The notes beneath the pieces were generated by a model. That model did not search any database. It was not told where the DNA came from and saw only the letters and a program-made list of their open reading frames with translations. The position numbers were made by a program, and so were the translations under genes. A stretch of 63,871 nucleotides of DNA, the filler included, from Intoshia linei (Eukaryota > Animalia > Orthonectida), in NCBI GenBank assembly GCA_001642005.1. It is 6 parts of 6 records of this genome, joined end to end, with 100 filler letters (N's around TTAATTAATTAA, not from the genome) between each part and the next. Parts side by side here need not be neighbours in the genome. Positions count along the whole stretch, not along the records: positions 1 to 11,772 come from LWCA01001228.1; 5 more parts are not named here. One strand, 5' to 3'. Shown piece by piece: positions 1-11,772 of the stretch; the first letter of the stretch is position 1; every line of letters begins with the position of its first letter.

Positions 1-10
1 ATAAATTTTG

Positions 11-300
11 CTAGCTTGACTGTTATGTACTTTGTACAAACAGTACCTAGCTCCGCAGGCGGACTTTTTTAATTCAATCAAAAAAATATATGCAATAATA
101 AAATCATACATAAAAACATATCAAAATTACTACAATTCACTATTCACATTTCTATTGTCGTAATATGATGAAATACATTTAGCATCCCTTTTAGATACGT
201 AAAAAATATTTTTTATCAATAATTAACGGATAACGTAATAATAATAGAATAATTTCCAAAAAAAAGAATGAATAGTAAATTGCTTTTTTAACCATGAAGG
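11..300 (-). mobile_element. Non-autonomous Helitron family copy, 3' end (inverted)
   Basis: Reverse complement reads ...gagctaggtactgtttgtacaaagtacataacagtcaagCTAG, the same terminus as + strand copies ending at 2855, 29825 and 54394. The inner boundary is approximate. Confidence 0.7.
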
Positions 301-789
301 GTTAGCTTTGTAACATTTTTTATGTATGTTTACTGAAAAACTCTATTAAATGTGATCTTTTTTTGAATTGTAGGACTATTAGTTTTATCATTAAAAAAGG
401 ATAATTTTGGTTTTTGACCCGGAAGGAATCAATTTCCGATAAAACGTGTTATAAAATTGTATTTTTAAAAATCTACGTCGCTTACATTCTGAAATAAACT
501 AGAACTATCAAACAAATATTTTTAGCTAAATTATTTTAGCAAAGTAAGGATAATGTAGTCATCTTCCCTTTAAGGGTTTATCCGATCGGTTTTTCTCAAG
601 AATTTTGTCTATTTTTAAAAAAGTGATTATAATTGGTGATCATGGGCATAATTAATATTTTAAAAACAGGCAATTTAATAACCGGATCTTTTTTAAAAAT
701 TTGATTAAATTTTAATATTCAGGACCGCACCTTGCCCATGTGTATTCTAAACAATATGCCAATTTACTTTTAAAATATCTATATTTTAG

Positions 790-1345
790 TCTGGATACTA
801 TGTGGTCAACATGTTGAACGATTACACGGCTGTATTTGCATTGATATTATTTTGTATGTGTGAATTAGTATGCATAAGCTAGATTTACGGTAAATGTAAT
901 ATTGATTATTCTTATTCATATTTCTAGGTATCAGGAGGTTCATTTGTGATATAGAATTAATGCTCAATAAAAAATTCAAAATTTTGAAATATCTCATGAT
1001 TGCATTTTGGATGTATATAACCCCCTTTACTATATTTGTAAATTTTATAGATTGTACTCTGCGCTTCATTTTACTCAACATTATCTGGAATTGATAACGA
1101 TTTAGTATCAATACTGGGAAAATTAGCATTGTCGGTCTTTGCTATACCAATATTTTATGAAATTTACAAAGCAATAAAGAAAAGGTCTTTTAAAAAGGTA
1201 AAGCATAAATTTAGCATTATAAAATTTAATAATTATCATACTAATTTAGACATTTGAAAGGAAAGATAATTATGAACCTAAAAATGAAATTGATAGGCAA
1301 GGTTATTTAAAAAGTTTATCTTATATACCAGCCAATTATTTATGA
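790..1345 (+). pseudogene. 3' part (TM10-TM12 and C-tail) of an SLC6/NSS transporter, with an in-frame TAG and a 13-nt intron-like element
   Basis: Exons 790-889, 928-1037, 1051-1197 and 1250-1345 translate to SGYYVVNMLNDYTAVFALILFCMCELVCIS*IYGIRRFICDIELML...FWMYITPF...IPIF...YEPKNEIDRQGY...*. This matches SLC6 motifs E-x4-W-x-YG-xx-RF-xx-DI-x-x-M and W-xxx-TP. TAG is at 880-882. Confidence 0.75.
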
Positions 1346-1365
1346 AGACGAAAATAAATTTTATA

Positions 1366-1941
1366 TTAAATATTAATTGTATAGATTTTTAATCTTCTCA
1401 TATATAGTTTCTGAACTCTTTTTATCACAAGCTTTAGGATACGAATAAGCCACAACATAATGAATTTTGTTATGTGGATAATGACTTTCCTTGAATAAAA
1501 AATTTAAAGGAAGAAATTAAAGTATTACATGTAAATACAGGTCAGTTCGCTGATATCACATGTATCAAAAATTGCCATTGTTTGTTCCATGCCATATTCT
1601 TGCGGTGGAAATTTTTTAAATCCATGCTTTATAAAACGAGCATCAATGTTATCAAATTCAGTCGCATTAATGTAAAAATAATCACCACTAAAATAAAAGT
1701 TGATTCATCAAAACAAGGTAAATATACTGATTCGGTACAAAGTTTTCTAGTTTTTTCGAGCTTACTCCCGTAATGATTGTAATTGGACAAGTCACACCAT
1801 TTTCATCTAAAAAACCATAAATCAATCCCATATATTCCAGATTGTCCTAATTTTTAATTACATTTCATATAGTGTAATTTACCGGAAAAACGATAGTTCT
1901 TTGAACTATCAATAAAGTTTCACGTTGCTTGTTGTAGAATA
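1366..1941 (-). CDS. 3' exons of an unidentified spliced gene
   Basis: Exons 1941-1883, 1846-1728 and 1687-1529 join in phase across 36- and 40-nt GT-AG introns: FYNKQRETLLIVQRTIVFPDNLEYMGLIYGFLDENGVTCPITIITG...ELTCIY. The last exon starts at 1489 or 1484, giving a stop at 1366 or 1373. Confidence 0.6.
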
Positions 1942-2039
1942 CTACATATATTTATAAATATAAATTAATTATGCTTTAGAATAGTGGTGGGCAAACTGCG
2001 GCCCGCGAAATCATGCTTCAGACTTATTTTTACATTCAA

Positions 2040-2855
2040 TTTTGAAATTGATTGTTTACATTGTAAATTTTACAACATGTCACATTTCATTTAGATAATT
2101 AAAGAAATATGGGTGAAAATCTATATAATTCATTCCTTTGAAATTTTTTTCATTGCTACGCAATTTTTCAGTGTCATATTCTCATTTTCAAAAAATTTTG
2201 TTTAAAATGTAAATTAAAACTACAACAACGAATTAGTACAACTTATAATAAAAAATAAAATTAATACAACTTTGTTATTATCATTTTTATATATATTAGT
2301 AATAAATTATTACAATTTATTCCAATATTGGTAAAATTCATTTCAAAATATGTTTATAAAGTGCTGATTCCGTTAATTATTGATATATAATTGGAATTTT
2401 TAAGTATTTATTAAATTTGGTTCTGAATATTTATTGAAAATGACAAAATAAGTTTTTACAATTTTATTTTTTTTGGAATTTATGCTATTTATGACAATTT
2501 TTAAGATTGGACTGTTTTTACTTTATTTTAATATTATACACACATTTTGTCCAATAAATTAAAAAAATTTAAAACAATTGTTTTTAAAATTTTTTCCGCA
2601 AATGTTTGCAAATATAAATTAAGATGGAATAATTGATTTTAAAGTAAAAAGTAATGTGATATGACGGTTCCACATGAAACAAGTTTGGGAACCACTCCGT
2701 TCAAGTTGTTCAAGTTCAAGTCCGTCATTGATAATAGTGAATAGTAGGATTTTTAAGTTAGATTTTGAACGTGAATTTATTTTTTTGGTAGAATAAAAAT
2801 GTGTCTTCGGCAGATCTAAGTGCTGTTTGTACGTAGTATATAACAGTCAACCTAG
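2040..2855 (+). mobile_element. Non-autonomous Helitron copy, 3' portion
   Basis: Shares long blocks with other copies. It ends in the hairpin ctgtttgtacgtagtatataacag, then tcaac-CTAG|T at 2852-2856. The start is approximate. Confidence 0.75.
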
Positions 2856-3659
2856 TGAAGTATATAATACGCATAGTATAATAATATAATATAATACGTA
2901 TACGAATAATATAATATCTAATTTTCTAAATAAATATGCAAATTAATGAAAAAAAAGACGAAATATTATTAGTCTTATTTCTCCTATATAAATAAACAAA
3001 AGTTGATGAAAGTGTTTCTTTATTTTATTTTAATCTCACGAACCCAGGCATATAATTTTGGACCCCAATCGGGACCCCTATTTTAATGTATACATTATTT
3101 ATAAATAATTCCGTTAATGAGGAATTTTGTACTTTCGAAAAGGTAGCCTGAACTATTTTTTGGGGTAATTTTGTGTATTTTTCACCTAATGGTACTTTCT
3201 ATTTTCAGAGTACAATTTGTATATTGATAATTCCTGCATAAAACTCAACTGTAAAATATAATTCCGTGTACAATTCGTTAATATTGTATACGAAAATAAA
3301 AACGAATTAATACAGTAGTATTTTAATTTTGAAATTTGGCAAAAATCTTATCTAAAAATTTAATTATATATATTTATTTAGTCAAGGAATAATTGGAAAT
3401 TTTTTGGAACTGTTTAAAATTAAACGAAACAATTTCAAACTTTACGATTGAAAAAACATTTACAAATTTACTGATTTAAATAAATTTAAATCTTAATTAC
3501 ATTAAAATTAAAATGTTTTTAATTATCGAAAAACACTTTATTGTTACCATCGTCCAATTTAATAAATTTTATCATGTTACAGTAAAACTTCTTGTTGATT
3601 TATATAACCTTTGTAAATATTTGAATATTTAAATATTGGCTTAAATTTATATTGGAATT

Positions 3660-6600
3660 ATGAAAATACAGCTGAAGTCGCTTATAACTAAAAATTCTGA
3701 GAGTAGTGGAGTCAACAAAGAGGGTAGTTTAGAAACTGATTCTAGTTCTGAATATACCAGAGAAAGCTGGGGTAGTAGGTTTGAATTCTTGTTTTCCTGT
3801 ATCGGATATGCCGTTGGTTTGGGTAATATCTGGAGATTTCCATATCTATGCTATGAAAATGGAGGAGGTTTGATTATATTTTTATTTCTCTTTTTCAAAT
3901 TTAAACTTAGCTGCATTCCTCATTCCTTATTTTTGTTGCCTTATAGTGTGTGGAATTCCAATGTTTTTATTAGAAATATCGTTTNATCGTGTCCGTTCAC
4001 AATATCGTAAATCAAATGATCGTAAAAAAATAAACTTCATAACTAAACTAAATATAGTAAATTGAATTGGATAAAAAATATATGTGGTGAACACCATATT
4101 TTTTTTGTAATATGGTTTGTAGATATAATATGGTATCTTAGGCGTCATAGTGTGCAAGCTGTTCGCCGAACACCCTAGAAAATTTAAAAAAATTATATTT
4201 TAAAATAACATAATATTGTAACATATATTGTAAATTTAAAATTTATTAAACATTTCAATGTTTTTAATTTCGACAACTTTATCGACATCAATTCTATTAT
4301 ATATTTTATATATAATATTTGGAATTCCAAAAAAATAATGTTTATTTATACTTATAATTCATTTGTAATTTCAACAAAATTCGTTAGTTGTGTTTTATTT
4401 TCATTCAATTCTTCCAAGTAGATTGATATCACCGACCCACAACAAGTAAATTTAGCCAATAATGACGACATCTAAATAACATATTACGGCATACTTTATG
4501 ACATACAGTGTATGTCAAAGATATCTTGATTGCTGGTCTCACATAATGTGCGTCACATTGACACACTGTCATATTTATCATTTTTAAACTATCGCATAAT
4601 TTATCTCATTTCTATCTTTGCGAATATATTAGTGTTGACGCAGTTACCCTATATTTTTTTTATTGCTACGCAATTTTTAAATTTCAAAATTTTCAAAACA
4701 TTTTGTATGAAATTGAATTAAGACGACAACAACGACTACTAAAAGTAATACAACTTTGTTTTATCATTTTTATATTTATTGTAATCCTTTGCAATATTGG
4801 TAGAATTCGCCTGAAATATATTTATAAATTAAAGATTCCGTTAATTATTGATGAATTATAGATAATCCATTATTGATATATAATTGGTATTTTTAAGTAT
4901 TTATTAAATTGATACTGAATATATATTATCACATTGAAAATGACAAAATAGGTTTTTATACTTTCATTTTTTTCTGGAATTTATGCTATTTATGACAATT
5001 TTTAGGATTGGACTGTTTTTACTTTACTTTTAACATTATTATACACACATTCTAGGAGATAGGATAGATTGGAGTAGGATTTTTAAGTTAGATTTTGAAC
5101 GTGAATTTATTTTTTTGGTAGAATAAAATTGTGCCCTCGGCAGAGCTAGGTGCTGTTTATTTATATTTCTCAATTACATTATTGGCCGGGAATTCCAAGA
5201 TTAGGCTTTTGGCACATAGGAGAATATAAAATTAAATTTGAACAAAAATTCAAAGTCTCATATTTAAAAAAATATGGACATAACGTCTGCTCTCGACACA
5301 ACGGGTTACTGTAACGGTTTGTAGGCAGTCAAAACAGACAAGTTAGTAGATAATGTATAGAATAAAAATTTACTATTCCCATGCGGTATAAATGATTTTT
5401 GACATGATCGTGTGTTCCTGAATAATTTAAAAGTAGTGCTATTGATATCGTCAAAAGAACAGCATTGACACTATTTATTGCAACATCCTACAAAAATATA
5501 ATTTTGTATGTAATCATAACTATATTAACTATTCTGTTCATCCGTATTTTAGAAACTGAGATATCCCACTCAGTATAATATACAAGTATGAGCATAATTG
5601 ATGTGACAATTAAAAGTATTGCAGTGAATATTAAAAATCCATTTTTAGCATAATATTGTAATAGACTAACAATTATTAGGTTTGACAAGGACAATAACTA
5701 AAAAAGATTATATAAGTTATATCAATTTATTACACTTTTAATGGTATTCCACATAAATGAGGTGGATTTCAAGTAATTGCTATTAGCCATTCAGTATTTT
5801 TTCTTTGTAGGTGTGTAAATAAAGCATACAAGTAGTTTAAATAAATTATTTTTTAAAGTATATTATATACATTGTAATATTTATTTAATAAATAGAAATG
5901 TACTGTAGGATGTCACACCCATCAAAGAATCAAGGGCAATTAGCACTAAAAGTGTGTATTTTTAAAATAGATTAACTAATTCGCAATCAAAAATATTTAA
6001 TGCTATCTATTCGAGTTGCGTTTGTCATTTTAAATATCACTGTATAAATATTATGAAGAAATTAAAACTGAACTTTTTAACGGAAATCGGCGTTTGAGCT
6101 TTTAAACGTGGTACCGCTCTTTCTATCGCTGGTAAAATACGATCTTTTGAACATTAGAACCATGAGAAAAAACTACACCGGATAAAATGTGAGTGTTGAC
6201 TAATGTTATAAAAGAGTTTCTCGGTATACGAAAATTATTGTAATACATTTTTAAATACACTAGAATAACTGACAATTTATTTTAAAACATGTTTTAAGAT
6301 CGCAGTTATGGGTTTTTCAATCAATTTATTGCGTTAATTTTATCCATGGATTATCTAAATTTAAAAATTACCGTGAAGTCATTAAAATCTATATAAAATA
6401 ACTAGTTTGACTGATTTATACTACCTACAAACAGCTAGCTCTGCCGAAAACGCACTTTTCTAATTTTACCTCCAAAAAATTAAATTAAATCTTAAATAAA
6501 CATCNTGAAGTCGCTTATAACTAAAAATTCTGAGAGTAGTGGAGTCAACAAAGAGGGTAGTTTAGAAACTGATTCTAGTTCTGAATATACCAGAGAAAGC

Positions 6601-9600
6601 TGGGGTAGTAGGTTTGAATTCTTGTTTTCCTGTATCGGATATGCCGTTGGTTTGGGTAATATCTGGAGATTTCCATATCTATGCTATGAAAATGGAGGAG
6701 GTTTGATTATATTTTTATTTCTCTTTTTCAAATTTAAACTTAGCTGCATTCCTCATTCCTTATTTTTGTTGCCTTATAGTGTGTGGAATTCCAATGTTTT
6801 TATTAGAAATATCGTTTGGACAATTTTCTAGCAACTCACCAGTAATTTTTGTTTATTTAGACTATAGGTTAACTATATTGTATTTTATTTTAATTCTTAA
6901 TATTTTTTGTTTTACAGATTAAAGTGTGGAGAATATCACCAATTTTTCGAGGTACGTTTTTTTTGTTTTTAAATTTGATAATTTTTATATAATGTATCCT
7001 ACTTTAAGGTGTCGGATATGGTTTGATCATGACTTCTAGTATTGTTTGCATTTATTATAATGTAATTATGGCATGGGCTCTATATTATTTTATTGCTTCT
7101 TTTTCGAGTACATTACCGTGGGCTGTTGCAGCTAATAATTATACCTCTTCATTCAATGCTAGTTTGATTTATTGGCAGTATAGTTTTTTTATCAGTTTAT
7201 AATTGTTATTAGAAATACTGTCCTAATTCAAAGCGACTCACTTTCAGCAATGAGTACTGTCAATTGGAAACTGCTTGGTTGTCTTTTTCTTGTCTGGATT
7301 GTTACTAGTCTTTGTGTAGTTAAAGGAGTTTCACTTAGTGGAAAGGTTTTTTCATTTATAAATTATAATAAAAATTATATCAGGGTTTTTTCAATTTCAA
7401 TTATAACGTTTACCTGTAGGTTGTCCGATTTTGCACTGTACAGTTGACATTTTATATTCTTACTTGTATAATATGCTTTGTTTGTCTGTGTGTATTATCG
7501 TTTATTTTAATAACTACCAGTCTTAGAATTTTATAAAGTCTACAATTCAATTACAGTTATTTCCGGGGTGTTAGCAAAATATATTTCAACGTCTCAAACT
7601 CACATCTTACGGGTCAAAAAGCCCAATACTCCTTTTTTTTGAAGATCAAACGAATCGAGAATTTAAAAAAATATATACTCTGACACTGGTTTTAAAAGCT
7701 TTTAGAACAACTATATCTTCAGGGCCAAAACCTCAAATGACTCTTATTTTTTTCAATGAAAAGAGCCCTAGAATTTAAAAAAAATGACAGGTGGTATAGT
7801 TGTATCCTGTTATCACACACAAAAAATTTCAATCTCAATAAGTGACGCCATCACGGTCAAAAAAGCATTTTAGTATTCATGTTTTTTTTTTTCGAAATAT
7901 TTTATTAACAAAAAATATTAAATTAAAAAAATGAAGACTAAACTGCTTTTTTGACAATACAGACGTCACTTTCTCACATTGAATTTTTTATTTATTTGTG
8001 TGATGACTGGATTCTAGGATTATTTTAATTTTTTAAAAAAAGAACAATCTAGGGTTTTGGTAGTGAAAATGCACTTTTTTGAGGTTGCCATTTATTGTAA
8101 TACTTATGATTTTAAAACCTATCCCAGAATTTATGTTTTATATAATTTGACGACTTGTTTCAACTATGTTTCATTTTTACAGATAGTGTAATTTAGGGTT
8201 TTGACCATGAAAATGTATGTTTTTAAAGCTGAGATTTATGACAATATTAATGATTTTAAAACGTATGCCAGAATTAATTTTTGGGTTATTTTATTTTAAA
8301 AAAGGACAAATTGTGTTTTTTCCCTGAAAGACTCAATTTCTGAAAATCAAACATAGAACTAGACATTATATGCAAAAAACTGTATTAGAAATTGGGTTTT
8401 TTAAATTCTAAATCTGTTAATTGTTTAAATAAATGGTAAAACCCAGACACACAGATATTCAATTTTATTTAAGTAAAGCATTCTTTTGACCTTCAAATTT
8501 TAAAAAATATGTTTTTATAATGAATAGTGTGTAAAAAATAATGATTTAATTTGATTTACTATCTGATTATGGCTAGTTTCTATTCCAAGGATGTTGAAAT
8601 GACCTCCATAAGGCCGCATGATGTTTTGATTTAAAAAAATTATCAAAAATACAATTTTAAAACGTACAAACACTCCGTAGTGGATCTGGGTGAGTTCAGG
8701 GCCCACCCTGGAGTGAAAAATTTGCCCTAAAATATTTTAATTTGTGTATTAACCCTTCGACTTATTTACTAAAAATTTTTAAAAAAAATAATCAAAACAA
8801 TATTTTAAGTTTAAATAATTATCATTGTGACATTTAACATAAAATAATAATATTTAACATAAATAAATAAAATAGTTAACATTGTGAAAAGTAAAAAAAA
8901 TTTCTAGGCCCATCGTTTACATTTTATGCATATAATGATCAATCATCATTAATCTATGTATTATTTTTTATGCTAGTAAAATGAGTTTAAATTAAATTAT
9001 CATTTACTCAGACTTAAATTTGTTCATAATAGAATACATATAAATACATAAATTCGCTGGCTGAAAATCCAGTCATTTTTAAAATCTGACATAAGATATT
9101 TTGGTGTCTAAGAGTTATTATGGATGAAATTTTAATTTCTTAATTTCAAGATTGTTATCTCGATTTTTAAATTTATTGGTTAAATTTCAATTTACCAAAT
9201 TTTATGCATAATTAATTTGTGTAATTTAATTAAATTAACAAATTTTATAATTATAATTGCCAAAATTGCATATATTTTAAATTCATAATAACAAAGTTAC
9301 ATTCCGATGTTAAATTTTAGCAATTATATTTGGTTATGCGACGATTCCAAAGAATCGGAATCGAGAATCGCTGGAATCGGCAAAATTTTACTATTTTTAC
9401 GATTCCGATTCTTTATGACTTTTTTAAAAAAAATAAAAATTAGTTGTAAAAAACAGTTTTTTTTAAATTAACCCTTACGAAACAATGCTAATTTTCAAAA
9501 TTGCTTAAATTGAAAGCAAAAAAATTCACCTTTAAAGCTTACAATTCACAACTTTCAAATTTCTTTATCTTTTTAACGTGAAAAAATTAAATTTGGCTTT

Positions 9601-11291
9601 AATATTTGGCTGAGAATAAGCAATAAAAAATATTCAATTGATGACACGCAGACTGATCACCCCAAGTGGTGAATAATAAATTTTTAGAATATTTTATTAA
9701 ATTGTTATTAGAAAAAATCAAAATTTTACCAACTTTTAAGGAAAAAATACCCTTCTACCAATATTTTTTTGAAAAATCCCATTTTACCAAAAATTAATAT
9801 TTTAGAAATAATAATGTATAATAAATAAAATACTTTAAAATAAAAAATAATTCAAATTGTTCAGAAGGCTGCACCAAATCGTCAATAAGGCCGCACTTTC
9901 TCAACCAGTCTAGTGATTTAGAAATTTTTTGCTTAACTAGGGGTCCGTTGAGTTTTAAGTTTAGGAGCGACTTCTATAGAGTCCCATATTTAAATATAAA
10001 TTGATGAATATAAACATGGAATATTTATCTAATTTTATTGAAAAGTTTTATTTAGATAATGTACGTTACATCCACCATGCCATACATAATTATACTAATA
10101 TTTATTGTACGAAGCTCATTACTGGTCGGTGCAGGTAATGGTTTATATTACTATGTTGTTCCAGATTCAAGTAAAATTAGTAATCCGAGAGTATGTACAA
10201 TTTTTTAATAACTTGTATTGTTTTAGGTATGGTTTAAAGCTGCAAATCAAATCTTTTTTTCGTTGGGACCTGGATTAGGTACTTGTTTAATTAAACTAAA
10301 TATGCTAAACTAAAATTAGGACCTTTGATAACATACTCAAGCTTTAATAAATTCAAAAATAATGTTCTAAGGTTAATTATTTTTTAATTTACATTAGTTT
10401 ATAAATTTAAATATATTTTTACCTATCTAATGCTGTTCTTATTACGAATTGAATCGTAACATTAATAATATTAATACAGGTAAAAACTTAATACAGTCAA
10501 AATGTCATTTAACGAAAATATTAGAAATGTGCTGCTGCACACATGTCTTAAATTTATCCAAATGATATTTAATATAAACAAATAATTAACCTTTTTATTA
10601 TATAAAAAGATTCTGACTTTATAAAAGAGCGATCTAATATTTTAAAAAACTCGTAAAAACTACAAAAAAAATAAAATAATATTGAATTTACGCGTTCGTT
10701 AATCAGAAATTCATTAAATACCAGATATTTAGGCATTTATATAGAAAATAAAATTTCGACGTTCGTTAAATGAAATATTCGTTAAATGAGATTTTGACTT
10801 TAGTCTGTATTTTACAGTTAGTAGCAACGGTGTGGGTTCGAAATTTGGAAGCGGTACATTATTATTTCGCTGATTCGAGCTCATTGGACCCTATATACCC
10901 TAGTTTGCAACATCAATAAATATGTATTCCATATTATTCTCTTATTTTATATATAGATTTCAGGTGTTATTAATTTTAATTATATTAGGGATGTCGCAAT
11001 TGTACCACTTTTAAACTCTTTTTCAAGTATATTTTTTGGAATAGCCGTTTTTGCTATCATGGGAAATTTGGCGCATGAATTGAATGTTCCAGTCGACCAA
11101 GTTATGAATCACGGTGCAGGTAATAGATACATTTATTTGTCCAATTTTCTATTTAATATTAATCATTCCATTTTTTAGGTCTAGGACTGGTTTTTGTTGC
11201 CTACCCTGCTACCATTGCAAAAATGGGTTATGCTCAATTCTGGTCAATACTATTCTTTTTAAATATTTTACTTGTTGGTCTAGATTCCATC
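3660..11291 (+). CDS. SLC6 sodium/chloride-dependent amino-acid or neurotransmitter transporter, TM1-TM8 (3' end not present before the gap)
   Basis: [36 protein letters not shown] signature. ATG at 3660. Exons (6506)-6700, 6744-6841, 6918-6951, 7009-7177, 7213-7345, 10056-10190, 10227-10278, 10320-10371, 10989-11119 and 11179-11291 splice in phase ([21 protein letters not shown] motifs). Gly rather than Asp in TM1 argues against a monoamine transporter. Confidence 0.92.
4650..5160 (+). mobile_element. Helitron family copy, 3' portion truncated just before the terminus
   Basis: Contains attgctacgcaatttttaaatttcaaa ... gtgccctcggcagagctaggtgctgttt blocks. Confidence 0.7.
5329..5790 (-). CDS. 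Unidentified small multi-pass membrane protein (or 5' part of a longer gene)
   Basis: ATG at 5790. Exons 5790-5734, 5697-5530 and 5487-5329 are joined by 36- and 42-nt phase-0 GT-AG introns. Hydrophobic stretches are [22 protein letters not shown] and [14 protein letters not shown]. Confidence 0.55.
6402..6490 (-). mobile_element. Helitron 3' terminal fragment (inverted)
   Basis: a-CTAG-tttgactg...caaacagctagctctgccga is the reverse complement of the family terminus. Confidence 0.6.
7456..8420. mobile_element. Helitron 5' portion (+) followed by an inverted internal portion (-), in an SLC6 intron
   Basis: Starts with the degenerate 5' motif ttcttacttgtataatatgctttgtttg. From about 7930 the sequence is the reverse complement of family internal modules. 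Confidence 0.7.
10494..10800. mobile_element. Tc1/pogo-type MITE in an SLC6 intron
   Basis: TA-cagtcaaaatgtcatttaacgaa ... ttcgttaaatgagattttgactt-TA: about 23-bp TIRs with TA on both sides. Confidence 0.7.
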
Positions 11292-11772
11292 GTAATTTTA
11301 ATTTAATATTTAAATCATATATTTTGTTTTTCAGGGTATTTTTTAGTTTCTAGTTAATAGTGGTGGCTACGTTAAGTTTAATAATATTGATTACAACGAT
11401 GTGACAGCACCCGGCCTGTAATTTCATAATTGTTTATATAACTACTGTGCAGACTTTGCACTGTACCGAGTACAGTGTACCCATATACTTTTTATTTGTT
11501 ATCAAACAGTATTTCATGACCACATTCTGATTCTATTTGCCAATACATTCATCATTAGACATACTCATTCATGATGTAATGTAACTCACGATGCAAAAAA
11601 ATAAAATGTAATAAATTATTAAATTGACCATTTTCAAAACCTAACCAAAATTAACTGCAAAATCATAAATATGGTCAAAAATTTTTTCTTTAACGGAATC
11701 CACAAAATTTTGGTTAAAAAACCAATAATATGATTAATTAGCAAAATCTATCATTATGTCTCTCAACTGAAT

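Larger units (their letters stand above)
3673..6816 (+). repeat. Duplicate of about 310 bp of SLC6 exon 1-2 (3673-3984 and 6506-about 6816), each copy abutting a single N
   Basis: The copies look identical by eye and flank a 2.5-kb block bounded by N at 3985 and 6505, as expected for an assembly join. Confidence 0.85.

Noticed and set aside
5179-5790. Assignment of the small membrane gene to the GDPD2/4/5 family
   Set aside because: Only a vague topology resemblance, and no HRG or PENT catalytic motif was found.
10820-10850. B-box-like GGTTCGAAA suggesting a tRNA
   Set aside because: No cloverleaf or correctly spaced A-box.
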